64,000 nt of DNA from Eledone cirrhosa (taxonomy: Eukaryota): assembly GCA_964016885.1 (NCBI GenBank), contig OZ024743.1:359600001-359664000 (forward strand). The letters run 5' to 3'. The notes below the pieces were generated by a model. The model was not told the origin of the DNA and made no database searches. It worked only from the letters and a program-made list of their open reading frames with translations. Below, piece by piece: positions 13,283 through 26,946 of the stretch (the first letter of the stretch is position 1; each line of letters opens with the position of its first letter). Both the position numbers and the translations under genes were made by a program.

Positions 13283-13452
13283 AAGGTAAACAGAAATAAC
13301 AACAAAATCGGTACAGTATATGTAAGGAATATATTAGGTTAACGCTTGAAATAGCAGGAAAGGGGTCTTAACGTTTCGGACGCTAGTACTTCACATCAGA
13401 AGAAAGAAGTCTTTTGATAAAAATAGCAGGTCCATTCATGTTGACAACTCTT
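13283..13452 (-). mobile_element. Solo Neptune-type pseudo-LTR fragment with degenerate hammerhead (13366-13403)
   Basis: Homologous to 22070-22300; the core carries a 2-nt insertion (CTGATGTGA). Confidence 0.7.
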
Positions 13453-13454
13453 GG

Positions 13455-14465
13455 ATATAAAACTGAGGACGTGTGTGTCTGTGTGTATGTCCGTACCCAC
13501 ATAACGTCTACAGTTCGCAACTGGTTTTCTTCAAATTTGTAACAAATATGCGTTATGTTCCCAGAAGTGTTGTGGACTCATAACGTTTTCAAGGTTTTGT
13601 CTAATGCGCCCCCTAGGTGGACGAAGGCTGTTTCTGGATCACCGTGACAATCACATCACATGTGCGAAACTTCAATAATTGTTAGTTAACATTTTACCCA
13701 TCTTAGTGTGTTACGCCCTCTTTCCTTAGATAATTGTTTCTACTATTGGCACAAGGCCAGCAATTATTCCAGTGTACCTTATTTTATCGACCCCGTAAGG
13801 ATGAAAGGCTAAGTGAACCTCGGCGGGATTTGAACTCAGAATGGCAAGGGCCGTAACTCTATGCGTCAAAGCATGGCGTCCGACCCTCTACCGATACTGC
13901 CAATTAGATAATGCCTCCAAGGAAGAGATCCGCCATTGGTCAAAAAATGGTAAAAGCCGAGAGCGGGAAACGAAGAAAAGCAAATGAATCGTCAATGGAG
14001 GCTGCAATTAGACGATCGCAAGATGCTGAAACGTAAAGCTACTGCAAGAGCGTTAGAAAACTACGAGCAGCGTTGCATTTCAGACATAGGTTCCTTATGC
14101 ACTCCGGATGGTCATGAGCACTTTCATTTTTCCAGATATTTATTATAGGGCTCCCTAGCGGCAGATAATCCCAGTTAATCGCTTCCTTGGTGTCGAATGA
14201 AGCACTGCAGCGCAATGCAACAAAACGTCATAACATCTGGAGTTCGCAACCGATTTTCACCAAACCTGACACATGGGCTAAGTATGTTCTACAATCAGAA
14301 TTGGCACATATTGAGTACAGGACCCTTGGGGGCAGGAAGCCTATTTTGTAAAAAAAAACGATGATTTTGTACAAGTATAGTTTTTCAAGCAGCACTGAAG
14401 TATTGACATGAATGCTATACATGACTGCTATTTAATACCCGAGCAAAGCCGGGTACCTCTGCTAG
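13455..14465 (+). mobile_element. Internally deleted Helitron with nested SINE
   Basis: 3' hairpin CCCGAGCAAAGCCGGG plus CTAG|T; MPPRKRSAIGQK start near 13911, resembling Helitron Rep/Hel N-termini. Confidence 0.75.
13735..13903 (-). mobile_element. tRNA-derived SINE with 9-bp TSD
   Basis: TSD TTAGATAAT at 13726-13734 and 13904-13912. Confidence 0.9.
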
Positions 14466-14803
14466 TTATATATAAAACATTAAATATACAATATATTACA
14501 TGTAATAACAATGATATTAAATGTATTATTACAAATAGGGAACTATAGATGTAAACAACAATAATGATTATTCCAATAATTAGAAAAACATTTATAATAA
14601 TAATACTACCGATTATATATAGTGATAATAATAATGGTGGTTATGATGGTAATGGTGGTACGGCATATATAGATCGTGCAGTTAATGGTGGAACATGGGA
14701 TTATAATGGATATTAACAGTGTAGGGTTTAAAACAAGAATTAATTTTAAAGAACAAATTAAAATAAATTAAGAAATAAAATAATGTATATAAAGTATATA
14801 TAT

Positions 14804-14860
<57 letters not shown>

Positions 14861-15020
14861 GCTATATATATACACACATACAAAATATATGTATACATAT
14901 AAAACATAAAGTAAACATACATAAAGAAAAATATGAAAGATATATAAAAGACATTAAAATTATATAAGAAATAAAAAAAAAAAAGATATTAAAAATATAC
15001 ATATACATACAAAAACAATA

Positions 15021-15068
<48 letters not shown>

Positions 15069-15151
15069 GAGGTTATATTTAATTCGTTGGGATACAACGA
15101 GCAAAATATTTTTATAACTAATATAAAGCACTCAACAAATTATTGGAGTAA

Positions 15152-15946
15152 ATATACAATATATTAACAAATGGAAACTATATTTATAAAACCATATTTA
15201 TTTCATTATACATATTTCAAGAGCCAGCAAGGAAAACCATGGTGCACTTTCATCAGATAAAATATTAATATAGGTTAGTTTTATAAATAAATATTGACAT
15301 ACCCTGAAAAAATGCAACCATTCTGGTTGGAATTTCCTGGATAGTGGAGTTATTAGATATATATAGGTCTCAACTTTAATAATCTAACATACACATTTAA
15401 ACATTTAAACTACGGAGTGAATTGATAAATTATCAATTAAGCATTTAATCAAATTTATTAATTAAACATTAGATAAAATTCTTCAACTTATCTTTATTAT
15501 TGTTTAACCATGCTACGGTATTCATCCACGCTATATTTATTTCTTCGCCTCTTCTCTCAAAATTACGCTATTCTCTCTCACTAAAATATACTCAGGTTTT
15601 TTTCTCTTTCTTTCTTTCGTTTTTTCTCTTTTTTCTCTTTTTTCTCTTTCTTTCTTCTTTTCCCTATTCCAACGGCTTAATTTAAATATACTGTTATTTA
15701 AACCTTTCCGACACTAATTTGCATAATAAACCAACAATAAATCTAATAACTCCACTATCCAGGAGATTCCAACCAGAATGGTTGCATTTTTTCAGGGTAT
15801 GTCAATATTTATTTATAAAACTAACCTATATTATATTTTATCTGATGAAAGTGCAACATAGTTTGCCTTGGTGGCCCTTGAAATATGTATAATGAAATAA
15901 ATATGGTTTTATAAATATAGTTTCCATTTGTTAATATATTGTATAT
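15152..15946. repeat. Inverted pair of PLE-like pseudo-LTR ends (~205-bp arms), each with a hammerhead-like motif (15206-15260 minus, 15838-15892 plus)
   Basis: Arms 15152-15359 and 15741-15946 are near-identical reverse complements; TTAT-CTGATGA-stem II-GAAAT-ATGT-ATAA. Confidence 0.8.
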
Positions 15947-16385
15947 ATATTGTCAGGGTAAGTAAAATAATGGATAAATAAGTAATTAAATGAGTTTCAG
16001 TGAACCGCAAAGGTGGTGTAATGTGGACCGGGGAGAGCTAAACTGGAAGAAAAACAGAGAAACATATACTAAATCTTCTCAATCAGGCTAAGTTAGATCT
16101 AAGGACCAATGGATTGTCTTCAGTTCATTCAGTGCGACGGTATAAATCTAAGAGATAAATAATTAAAATATTATGAAGTTATACGATTCAGATTTTAGGA
16201 AAAAATGTTTAGAAATTTATTCGAAAAAACATTGGCGAGGAAATTAGTAGAACTGTTGTAGTAATCCAGTCAAGGATTAATATTAAAATATTAATGGAAA
16301 ATTATGAAGGAAAAAAATAATTAATAGTCAAAGCACTGTAGGATTACAGCCAGCCAGCTACGGGATAATGCAGGAATACGTAGTA

Positions 16386-16735
16386 ATTATTGTTTCTACT
16401 TTTTGTCACAAGGCCACCAATTAGCCAATTGCATTACTGGTACTTTATTTTATCGACCCCGTAAGGATGAAAGGCAAAGTTAGCCTCGGCGGAATTTGAA
16501 CTCAGTTCGTAATATACAATTGTTTCTATTTTAGGCACAACACCAGCAATCTGAAGGGTAGGGGTAAGTCGATTAAATCGACCCCAGTGCTTGGTGGTAC
16601 TTTATTCTATCGACCCCGTAAGGATGAAAGGCAAAGCTAACTTCGGCGGGATTTGAAATCAGAACGAAAAGTGCTGCAATTCTATCCCGCGAAGCATTTG
16701 GTTCGACGCGATACCCATAGCTGGTTGGTTGTACT
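16386..16735 (-). mobile_element. Two tandem tRNA-SINE copies (short-form fragment plus long form)
   Basis: Family body motif twice; the second carries the GTCGATTAAATCGAC block. Confidence 0.8.
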
Positions 16736-17064
16736 CCTGCAGTAAACAGAAGCAGGAACAGTTTGGGAGCCGGTAGAGTCTTTATTATTCTAACTGTGTT
16801 TGTAGAATTTATAGTGACACTGATGTGACAGTGTGGGTAAGTGAAGGTGAGGTGTGTCTTCATTACCTATATAGAAATACCATGGATGTGGTTGAAAGCC
16901 AGAGCAGGTTGAGTTATTACTAAGGTGTAGTTGGGGTACTAGATGTTATGTGCGATATGTAAATGGTGGTGTCTACATCTCCAGTAAGCAGGTCCGGCTT
17001 TGGAGTAATATATATCGGTGGTGTGTGTTCTCACGAAAGTTTTGGCCTGACTATGGGTGCATGA

Positions 17065-17115
17065 GCATCTGATGAAGCGACATGTATAACGATGTCACAG
17101 AAATATATATCATGC
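17065..17115 (+). ncRNA. Minimal hammerhead ribozyme motif
   Basis: GCAT-CTGATGA-A-GCGACAT(GTATAACG)ATGTCAC-A-GAAAT-ATAT-ATC-ATGC, immediately followed by AATAAA. Confidence 0.75.
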
Positions 17116-17338
17116 AATAAAGCAATTACGGTGAAGTACCCCCGTCTTAACTACTCTTAATTTGATAAATAAATACTCCGTTACTCCTTATCACCAACTG
17201 TTAGCTGAGATAACCTACTGACGTGAAGTGCTTTTGCATCACTCAGACCGGCTTATCCTCACCATAACAACCACGTATAAGCAACTTATCTTCTGCAACA
17301 ATATATAAATATATATATATATATATACGAAATTCTTA

Positions 17339-17398
<60 letters not shown>

Positions 17399-18116
17399 TA
17401 AGAATTTAGTATTTCTAAAGAAATACGATATGTTTATAGGTAAATATTTTGAAAGCCGTAGCTATTCAAAACGCCGGGAGTATCGCCCTCTGCTGGTGTC
17501 CAGCAGAAGCAAGGGGGACAATCGTCGATGCATTTCGAACTTAACTGAGCGATCCGTCCCACTCCGGCGACTGCTGAGAATATATGGTTTTCTCGTCTGT
17601 GTAAATGAGGCGATTAATCTCATTTGCATATGAAGCTGCATAAGTTAGCTCAAATTATAATATAATATAATTAGAATTTAGCTTCATGCATAACTGTATA
17701 CAGATATGTATTAGAATTTCGTATTTCTAAAGATATACGGTATGATTTAGCTTCACCTCATTTACAAAGATAAGAAACCCATATCTCACTGGACAGGTTC
17801 GGACATGAAATGTGCTTTGAATTAAATATTCCATTGCCATGAAACAATTGAAGTTTTTATAGATAATACTTCTGAATTGGAATCAACAAAAGGCCTTCAC
17901 AATTTATACAAACGATTTTATATTATATCATCGAATCATATACGTTTGAAACATGTCATCGGCATGAGTGACTGTCACGTCAGGATTTCTTAATAATTCC
18001 CGGTTGTGTGTATATTTTTACATTAAATGTAGAAATATAGATTCAAGTCATTGAGCTTATCTGTCTTTACCTCTGTCTACCTACTTATCATTTACCCTAC
18101 CACTTCCTATCTGCCT

Positions 18117-18202
<86 letters not shown>

Positions 18203-18286
18203 AGATATATCTACCTAACCCTCCATATATACAAGCATACAGAGAGAGAAAAAAAACACACACACACAAACGCACCTCCCCCCACA

Positions 18287-18359
<73 letters not shown>

Positions 18360-18504
18360 GTGTGTAGGAGGTGAGTTTTATTGTAGTACAATAAAGCAAT
18401 GCAGATATCGGATAAGTAGCACTCTACAGTTTGTAGGACTGGAGTATAAATAATATATAAGATCAAAAGATGGTTAACTTGGAACTCTTTTAACCATCTT
18501 TTGA

Positions 18505-18545
<41 letters not shown>

Positions 18546-18796
18546 GAGGACTCTCGGTGAATATTTGTCTGAGTTATGCAAAATAAACTATCACTTTTGA
18601 GGTACAGTCATACACATAAACACTAATCAACAACTCGTATACACATCAACTATCAAACCTACCCATAAAACTATAGAAACCAATAGAATGTAATAAATCC
18701 GACATTATGTACATTATTACACACACCCAAATCCTTTGTCAGTTCGTTTAAGCAATTCTGATCGGCAAAGCCAAGAACCGGCTATTTTTAGTTATA

Positions 18797-19422
18797 CAGG
18801 TTGGGGCAGAAAGGTTGCCCCGATTTCAAAGGTTAATAAAAAACAAACACATGATCATAAGAGAAAAAACTTTGTATTTAGAATAAGTACATACATGCAA
18901 TTATTTTTCTGTTTCAGGTAGTACTCCACCATGGCCTGGAGTGGGGATCATCGTGCATTTGTTGTGGAAGAGTTTCTTAAGAACGGTGAGTCCGTCGTAA
19001 TGACGCAGCATTCCTTCCGAAGACACTTTGCGCTTCGGCGTCATGATGCCGTACCGGACGGAAAAAACAATTCGTCTGTGGGTTCCTAACTTTAGACAAA
19101 CATCATCGGCTTTAAAAAGAAAAGTCCTGGCCGTCCTAGAACCGCTATGGTGAACTTTCGAGAGAGACTTCGAAACTGCATCGACATTGGCGGTCGTTAC
19201 TTAAGTGATACCATTTTCAAATCCACTTAAACCACAATGGCATGTAATGTAATCCCACCGAGGTTAACTTTGCCTTTCATCCTTACGGGGTCGATAAAAT
19301 AAAGTACCAGTAATACACTGGAATAATTGCTGGCCTTGTCCCAATAGTAGAAACAATTATTACAAAGTTTTTTCTCTTATGATCATGTGTTTGTTTCGGA
19401 GCAACCTTTCTGCCCCACCCTG
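18797..19422 (+). mobile_element. Internally deleted Tc1/mariner-superfamily DNA transposon (SINE fragment at 19250-19360 inside)
   Basis: TA TSDs; TIRs CAGGTTGGGGCAGAAAGGTTGC / GCAACCTTTCTGCCCCACCCTG; transposase N-terminus MAWSGDHRAFVVEEFLKNGESVVMTQHSFRRHF and C-terminus NFRERLRNCIDIGGRYL. Confidence 0.85.
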
Positions 19423-20301
19423 TAAAACAAAATATTCAGCTCATGACTTTAAGGTCATCTGTTCTCGTCGTAGATCTCAACTAAAACATATATCCAGACA
19501 ACGCACACTCTCACAACAAACTTATAACTGTAGAGACCACTCAATTTGAATGTGTATGGGGATGATGTCCCACCAAATTGACTATATATAGAGTGCAAAT
19601 ATAGCACCATCTGATAGCATTGACAACTCACCACTAACACTTCAAAGAACCCATACTAGTAGTATTGACAATCGTTCATAATGAATTTGAAAGGAAACCT
19701 CACTTATGGAAACTCAAAGATAACAAACTTGAAAGTTCGCCAATAGCACCATTGACAAAAACAGCCACATATAACACCATAGCACAACAATATAGGTTTT
19801 ATTTATCTGAGGCATCCGCAAACCAGAAATAGAAACTAATATATATTTTGTAGTATTTATTTTAGATAACTTCAGTTGTAATGATAACGATTAAATACCA
19901 TTCTTATAATTACCTACTGTATACGACAAATAATGTATTTATGAATAATATGAATAGAAAAGCTAAGCAATTCTCAAAGACATACACATATTTGTACATG
20001 TGTATTTATGTAAGGATTGTTGTTGTTTTGCTATAGGTCAGCTCTGATTAAGCAGAATAATTACAGCAATTACAATAATTATATCAAGTATACATACTAC
20101 ATTTGACAAGCCATAGTCCTTCCTCTTTCTAAACTCCCTCCACTTACAACTCTATTAATCTTCTCGATGGTCATTTGTATTGCAATCTCTCCCCCCGCAT
20201 ACCAATCTAGTATCTATATATGGTATAATCATTGTAATTGCTGCACTTATTCTTTATTTTTTGTTCACTATATCTGTTATTTGTATATTATATTTTGATT
20301 C

Positions 20302-20480
20302 TAAATGGCGGTGGATTGGCAGTATCGGTAGAGGGTCAGACACAATGCTCTGCAGCAAAGAGTTACGACCCTTTAAATCCCGCCAAGGTTAACTTTGCCT
20401 CGAATCCTTACGGGGTCGATAAAATGAAGTACCAGTAATACACTGGGATAATTGCTGGCTTTGTGCCAAAAGTAGAAACA
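20302..20480 (+). mobile_element. Full-length tRNA-derived SINE with ~15-bp TSD
   Basis: TSD ATTATATTTTGATTC at 20287-20301 and 20481-20495. Confidence 0.9.
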
Positions 20481-20620
20481 ATTATATTTTGATTCCACAT
20501 TTCTCTATATACCAAAGTCTTCTACATTAGCTTAGTCAGCAGTAAGGAATTATTATTGCAGCAATGATGTACCCACAACTAGGAATATAACTAATTTTTT
20601 TCTTCCCTGTTAATTTTTTT

Positions 20621-20654
20621 CGTTCTGATGAAGTGCAATCACAGACACGTAATG
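20621..20654 (+). ncRNA. Degenerate hammerhead-like motif
   Basis: CGTT-CTGATGA-A-GTG(CAAT)CAC-A-GACAC-GT-AATG; GAAA is mutated. Confidence 0.45.
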
Positions 20655-20827
20655 CATACGAGAGAATTATATAAATGAAGTCAGCGGATGTAGACTGTTA
20701 CATAATTGTACAGAAACATATGTTAAGACTGAACACAATAAATTTTCTTCTGTCCACATCTTCCTGCCTAGTTTTCCTGGTACAATATTTATACTTAATT
20801 TATACTTAATTTATACTTATATTTATG

Positions 20828-20966
<139 letters not shown>

Positions 20967-21096
20967 CTCTTATTATTTTAAATACAGGACGTTACCTTAC
21001 GGGAAAATCCCAAGGAACAATAAGCATGGAGTGCTTCACGTCTATTTAAGAATGAGTCGCAAGATCTTTGATCATCCAACTTTCTTCAATTGAATA

Positions 21097-21179
<83 letters not shown>

Positions 21180-22015
21180 GTATGTGTTCGTGTGCGTGTG
21201 TATGTGCAGTGAAAGAAAGTATATAATTTGAAATATGGCGAGGAGAAAAGAAAATATGTTGGCAAAAAGAGATAAATGAAATGAGCACAACATACTGTTT
21301 AAAAGAACAGTAAATGTGTTGGATCATTTTAAGTTCAGGATAGCTGACGGTTTACTCTTGTCAAATCGTGCTGGCGCCTCAATGTTTAAATCCAAGATGA
21401 CGACAGTCCATGTTTATTTTGACCTGACGCAGTCATTCTTTCGACATGACGTCAATGATAATTACTTGTCTCATGGCGCTGGACTGATGGAAGTATGTAT
21501 ACACTAAATAATATAAATTTTCGCACATGATGTTTTTGGGTTAATTGAAGAATACACCATGCAGTGTCTAGACGATATAATTTAAGACCGATAAACATAA
21601 TCAGATTTCTAATACATTATTTATTTCTTCTACTTATTTCAATCATTATACTGTGGTCATTCTTTTAATGTTTCGGGAACATTACTTACTATTTCAAGTT
21701 TGGTACCTATTCTATCGATTTTGTTTGAGGAACTGCCAAGTTACTGGACGTAAGTACAGACATACACAAAAGTAAACACAAACACTCACATACACACATA
21801 CTCACACATACACACACATTCACACACAATCTCATACACAAAAGAACGTACACACACACATACACATATTATATAACAGGCTGGATGAGTCATGGTGAAT
21901 AACCCAACGAAACGTTATTATTTCTGGCAATATTATAACATTATGACCCTCCCCAAGTATAAGAATATTTGTTTGAACACACTCGATTTCATATAAAAAA
22001 CCTTGCGAAACAAAT

Positions 22016-22061
<46 letters not shown>

Positions 22062-22154
22062 TAATATGTAAAGGTTAAACAGAAATGACATTACAATCGG
22101 TACAGAATATGAAAGGAATATATTAGGCTAACGCTTGAAATAGCAGGAACATGG

Positions 22155-22190
22155 TCTTAACGTTTCGGATGCTAGTCCTTCATCAGAAGA
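22155..22190 (-). ncRNA. Minimal hammerhead in the Neptune 3' pseudo-LTR
   Basis: TCTT-CTGATGA-A-GGA(CTAGCA)TCC-GAAAC-GTT-AAGA; stem III is only the palindrome AACGTT. Confidence 0.8.
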
Positions 22191-23140
22191 AAGGATGAGA
22201 AATAAAGAAATAATATAGATTGAGGGGACGGGCGGGTTGGAATTGGAAAAAATGTCTTTAGATATAAATAACAGGTCCATTCTTGTTGCTATCTCTTGCA
22301 AAACTGTTGGTGCTGGCATTTTGTGTATGATTTATATTTTTCGAAAAGTGGATGATGGAGTGCGTCTACCTGAAATGGGAAAAAAGAACCGTTTTGTAAA
22401 AAGAGCTATGCTTGTGCACGTGCGTAAACATCTGTGTGCGCGCGTGTGTGTGTGTGTTATTATACACCCGTACGAATCTAAGAAGAAATGTGTGTGTATA
22501 TGTAAGTAAAAGAGCGCGTGTGCATGTAAGTACGAAGCTATGAGCAAAGTATGTTAATATAAGGGTGTGTATGTGTGTATACAGAGCAGTGAAAGGAAAA
22601 GTGGAGTGTGCATATTTTGTCGGTCTGTATTAGCTGTAAGAGAAGATGTTTATGATCATGAGAGAGCGATAGGAATCAAGGGGTGAATGTACAAGCGCGT
22701 GTGATAATGGACGGGGTATTAAAGAAATTGGGGAGGTGAGTTGAGTCCAAGAGGGGAATAAGACCCAAGGCACGAATCAGACTCTGTACAGTCCTGGTGC
22801 ACGAGGACTGTGATCCATGATGTAAAAGGACACCCAGGACTGAGACATGTATGGAAGAATGACCAGGAAACAGAAATGACGGGCGACAGGACTATCCAAA
22901 CCGAGTAGTATGTCCCTCAAATGCTCAGCAAAACGGTCCGCCGTACGGCGTCCCGTTTGTCCGATGTATAAAGACCCGCAAAGGGAACACCGGAGGGCAT
23001 AGACAACGTGGGTGGATGGATGTGCAGGTGAAAGAGTGGCGGGTATGGAAAGACCCGTTAGGGCCTGTGAGAGGTGGGGGGGGGAATGAAGGAACAAGTG
23101 TTGCAGCGAGAACGAGGACAAGGATGAGAGCCGGGTGGAG

Positions 23141-24178
23141 TCATGGGAGAAGACGGGAAGGAACTGCGTACCAGGAGGCCGCGTAGGTTGCGGACGCGCT
23201 TAAAAGCAGTAATGGGTGGGTTTGGAAAAAAGCGAGAAGTGACTGAGTCAGAAGAGAGGGTGCGGAAGGAACGGAGGGTATGTCACCGGAGTGGTAGTGC
23301 GATGGGGTGGTAGGTGAGAGGGAAAGGGACGCGGGTGTTGGCAAGGTGCGGGTGAGGTGAGAGTGGTGTGGTACGGACCGGTTACACGGGATTGGGTGAG
23401 AGCAGCTTGGATGAAGGTGGGCGGATACCCAGCTGGATGAAGCAGGAAGCCATGTGAAGGGAATGGGTTCCGAAATCGTCACCTGGCTACAGAGCCGACG
23501 CAGGCGAAGGAATTGGGAATAGGGTATGGAGTGTTTGGTGTAGGTTGGATGGGAGGAGGTGAAGTCGAGGTAAGAGTGGGAGTCTGTTGGTTTGTAGAAG
23601 ATGGAAGTAGAGAGGGTGTGGTGAGAGTGATTAATAGATAGAGATATATCTAGAAAAGCGACAGAAGAATCGGAGACGGCGGCGGTGAAAGTGAGAGCAG
23701 GATGGAAAGATAGGACAAAAGAAGGAAAACAATCGAGCTGTTCTCGTGATAGAAAGGTGGTGCCGATACAATAATCGATATGGCAACCGTATAGCTCAGG
23801 AGTAGGTCCAGCATACTGGGAGAAAATCTGGGCTTCGACGTAGCCAACAAACAAGTTGGCATATTTTGGACCCATTCTGGTTCCCATCGCTATCCCAGAG
23901 ACCTGTTGATAGAATTCACCCGAAAAGGAAAAGCCATTGAGGATCAGAACAAGCTCGGCCACACGGAGAAGAGTGGTAGTGCTGGGGTAAGGGGTAGGGC
24001 GTATGTCTAAAAAATGTTGGAGAGCGTGGAGGCCGTCATCATGAGGGATGACGGTATTGAGGGAGGTGATGTCCAGGGTAAAGAGAAGGCGAGAGGGACC
24101 AGAAGGGAAGGAGCAGGAGTTGAAGAGTCTAAGGGCATGATTTGTATCGTGGATGTGTGAGGGGAGATTGCCGACCAA
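23141..24178 (-). pseudogene. Penelope-like reverse transcriptase fragment
   Basis: RT motifs present; catalytic YIDD is mutated to HIDY. Confidence 0.85.
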
Positions 24179-25003
24179 CGGGGCAAGGATGGTGTCTAAA
24201 TATTAAGAAATGATCTCGGTGAGGCAGTTGTACTAAAAAACGATAGGACGGGCGGGATTATTTTGTTTGTGCATTTTGGGGAGGAAGTAGATGGTGGGTG
24301 TGCTAGAGGTGCGTTCAATAAGGTTGGTGGCTGTGGGGGTAGGAGAGAGGAGGAGATGAGCTCGTGGATGGTGGAGGACACGAGTTGTTGGTAACCAGGA
24401 GTGGGGTCGGAGGATAAAGAGCGGTAAAAATGGTATTGTGAAGCTGGTGGCGAGCCTCAGTCCTATAGAGATCAACGCTCCAAACCACCACTGGGCCACC
24501 TTTGGCAGCGGGTTTGATGACAATGTCATTGGGACGCTGAAGGTTGCGAAGAGCGGAGAGCTCAGTCCGCGTGATGTTAGCGCGACAAGAATGCTGGTGG
24601 AAACAGAACCGGTTCACAGTACGCCGGCAAGTATCGACAAAAGAGTCGAGGGTGCTGAACTGGCCAGAGCTCGGCGTCCAATGTGATTTCCGGCGACTGA
24701 GACGAGTGAAGTCATTCGTCTGTGTCGATGATGGCGTGTCGTGAAAAAAGCTTTCAGCTTTAATCGATGGAAGAACCCTTCAATATCGGCACGTGTGCGG
24801 AACTCGTTGCAGGTAAATGTGGTTGGTATAAAACGCAAACCACGAGGTTCAGAAAGTGGTAGGTCCTGGGGTATGGTGACTACAGTGCAGGGACGTGAGG
24901 GAGTAAAAGGGGCGGAGGTGGAGGGGATAAGGTGGTGGGGAGGGAGAAGGGGTTGAAGGTGACGGGATAGAGGGGTTAGGGTTGGAGGTGATAATATATA
25001 TAC

Positions 25004-25034
<31 letters not shown>

Positions 25035-25039
25035 TTACG

Positions 25040-25190
25040 ACGAGCTTTTCCGCCTACAAAATTCAACTCACAAAGCATTGGGCAACCGACATTATAGCAG
25101 AAGAAAGTTACACAAAGTGCCGCGCAGTGAGGCTGAACCCAGAATCATATGGCTGCGAAGCAATTTCCTTAAACACTCAGGCATGCTTAT
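25040..25190 (-). mobile_element. Second SINE family, diverged copy (related fragment at 51645-51735)
   Basis: AAATTC(A)ACTCACAAA..ATAG(C/A)AGAAGA..AAAGTGCC motif shared between the two loci. Confidence 0.55.
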
Positions 25191-26195
25191 ACTTTTATAC
25201 ATACTTTACTCACGGGTAAGAGAATAATACATGAACAGTAAAATAAGATGCATGCTATATTACAGATATCTTGGTTCAGTTGGTTTGTTTATTAATTAAT
25301 GAATAATAGTTGAACGTACGCAATGTCGGATTTATATTAACTTAATCTTCCAATTTTTTCTATTCTCCTTGTACATAACTACAAAAGCTAAATCGTATGA
25401 GTCTAGCCTAAGTAAAATCAAATTTGCTTTTATTGCTGTATTACAAGATATCCACGTACGAGTTGATGTAACAGGAAAGACAGCATACATTATCTATCTA
25501 TCTATCTCTGGATGGTATAGACGTTCTTCACATCGGCTCTTCGATTATTTGATATATTACGTGTTAACAGTAAGTGTTTGTCTGTATTCTTGCGTTATTG
25601 TGTCAATTAACCCCCTTGGCTGGGTCTTCGGACATTAGGGTTAATTTATTTCACCCCTTTTGGGGTGAAGTTTTTCATCCTAAAAATCTTCTGATTGTCT
25701 CTATGCTAGTGGTAATGGAAGCCATTACCACAGGTAACGATGACACGCTCACTAAACAAACTGAAGGAGAGCGGATAGCGGAGGCAACAAGCCTCTCTAC
25801 TGAAAGAATAAGGATTATTAGAAACATTGAAAAAATGGAGCCTAACCCTAATGAAAAAATGGGAAAAAAAATTGACTCGGAGAAATTGCCAACATTAATG
25901 GATGCCGTTTCGACTTTTCACGGTGCCACGCCCACCAGCAAAGGTGAAAGAGAAGTAGTAGCTGTGACTACAAGTCTCTCGGATACTGAAAATATAAGTG
26001 CACATTTTGAAAAAATGGAGTCTAACCCCAACGGGGAAAAAAATGTGAACGCATACACCAATATAAATAACACAAACACAACAAAATATGAAAATTGTAA
26101 CAACAAAAAACAAGAAAACAACCACATTTCGACAAATGTAAACAAAGAGGGGGCGAACAAAATGACGTTCGCTCAAACTACTCCCAAAAACCATT

Positions 26196-26946
26196 GTGTA
26201 TGAACCTATTGACATTTCGAACATGGCCCAGCAAATGGAAAATGCACGGAAGTATATAACTTTGGAGGAGAATGGTCTATTTTCTTTAAATTCTCCCCCA
26301 GAGCTAAACAAGGAAAATAGCTTAAAAACTATTATTTATAGGACAATATCCAACAAAACCCGTAAGCCAGTACAACTCACACAGACAGAGATTGAACTGG
26401 CTTTAAAAGATCATCTGAAAAACATTGTATTCATTCGGAAGGATAGACTCTACGGTAGTCTATCCATCCGAATGAAAGATAAATTGACGGCCGAAAAACA
26501 TTTCCTGGCCCCAATTGTGTCCCCTTATTTACCTTCTTCCCATTTATTTGGGAAGAAGAACGCAAAGATTGACCATACACAGTATCGATCCAGATATTGA
26601 TTTCTGGGCGGTACTGTGTGGCCTCTTCGACTTGAAAGAGGATGCAGTAATTTCGGTAGGTAAGTCTTCCAGCAATGTGCTTGGTGGAACTAGCCTGCAA
26701 GTTCTGGTGCAAATGCAGCCAGAACGAATTGCTAGGATCCCCGACCGCATATTGCTGGATGGGCTTGCCTACTTACACATCACAGTGGAGGGTAGACGAC
26801 CCGCTTGTTACCTCTGTGGTGGCAGAGGTCACCTGAGGGCTGCCTGTTCCCAAGCATACAATAAAACACCGATTTTGCCCACACCAACAACTACAACACT
26901 ACCAACACGACCTCCACCACCACCACCACCACAAAACAACAACTAA
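26196..26946 (+). pseudogene. Tx1-like ORF1 (gag-like CCHC), frameshifted
   Basis: ORFs 26196-26600 and 26515-26946 overlap in different frames; CCHC knuckle. Confidence 0.75.

Larger units (their letters stand above)
22065..24990 (-). mobile_element. Neptune-like Penelope retroelement (RT + Cys linker + GIY-YIG), frameshifted
   Basis: IVIKPAAKGG; RT motifs LDITSLNTVIPH and FYQQVSGIAMGTRMGP; thumb YKPTDSHSYLDFTSSHP; linker CPRSRCNTC; endonuclease VVYALRCSLCGSLYIGQTGRRTADRFAEH; 3' hammerhead; (TA)n on both flanks. Confidence 0.9.

Noticed and set aside
21853-21910. Hammerhead-like CTGGATGA..GAAACGTT
   Set aside because: Insertion in the core and no convincing stem I; at best a decayed copy.
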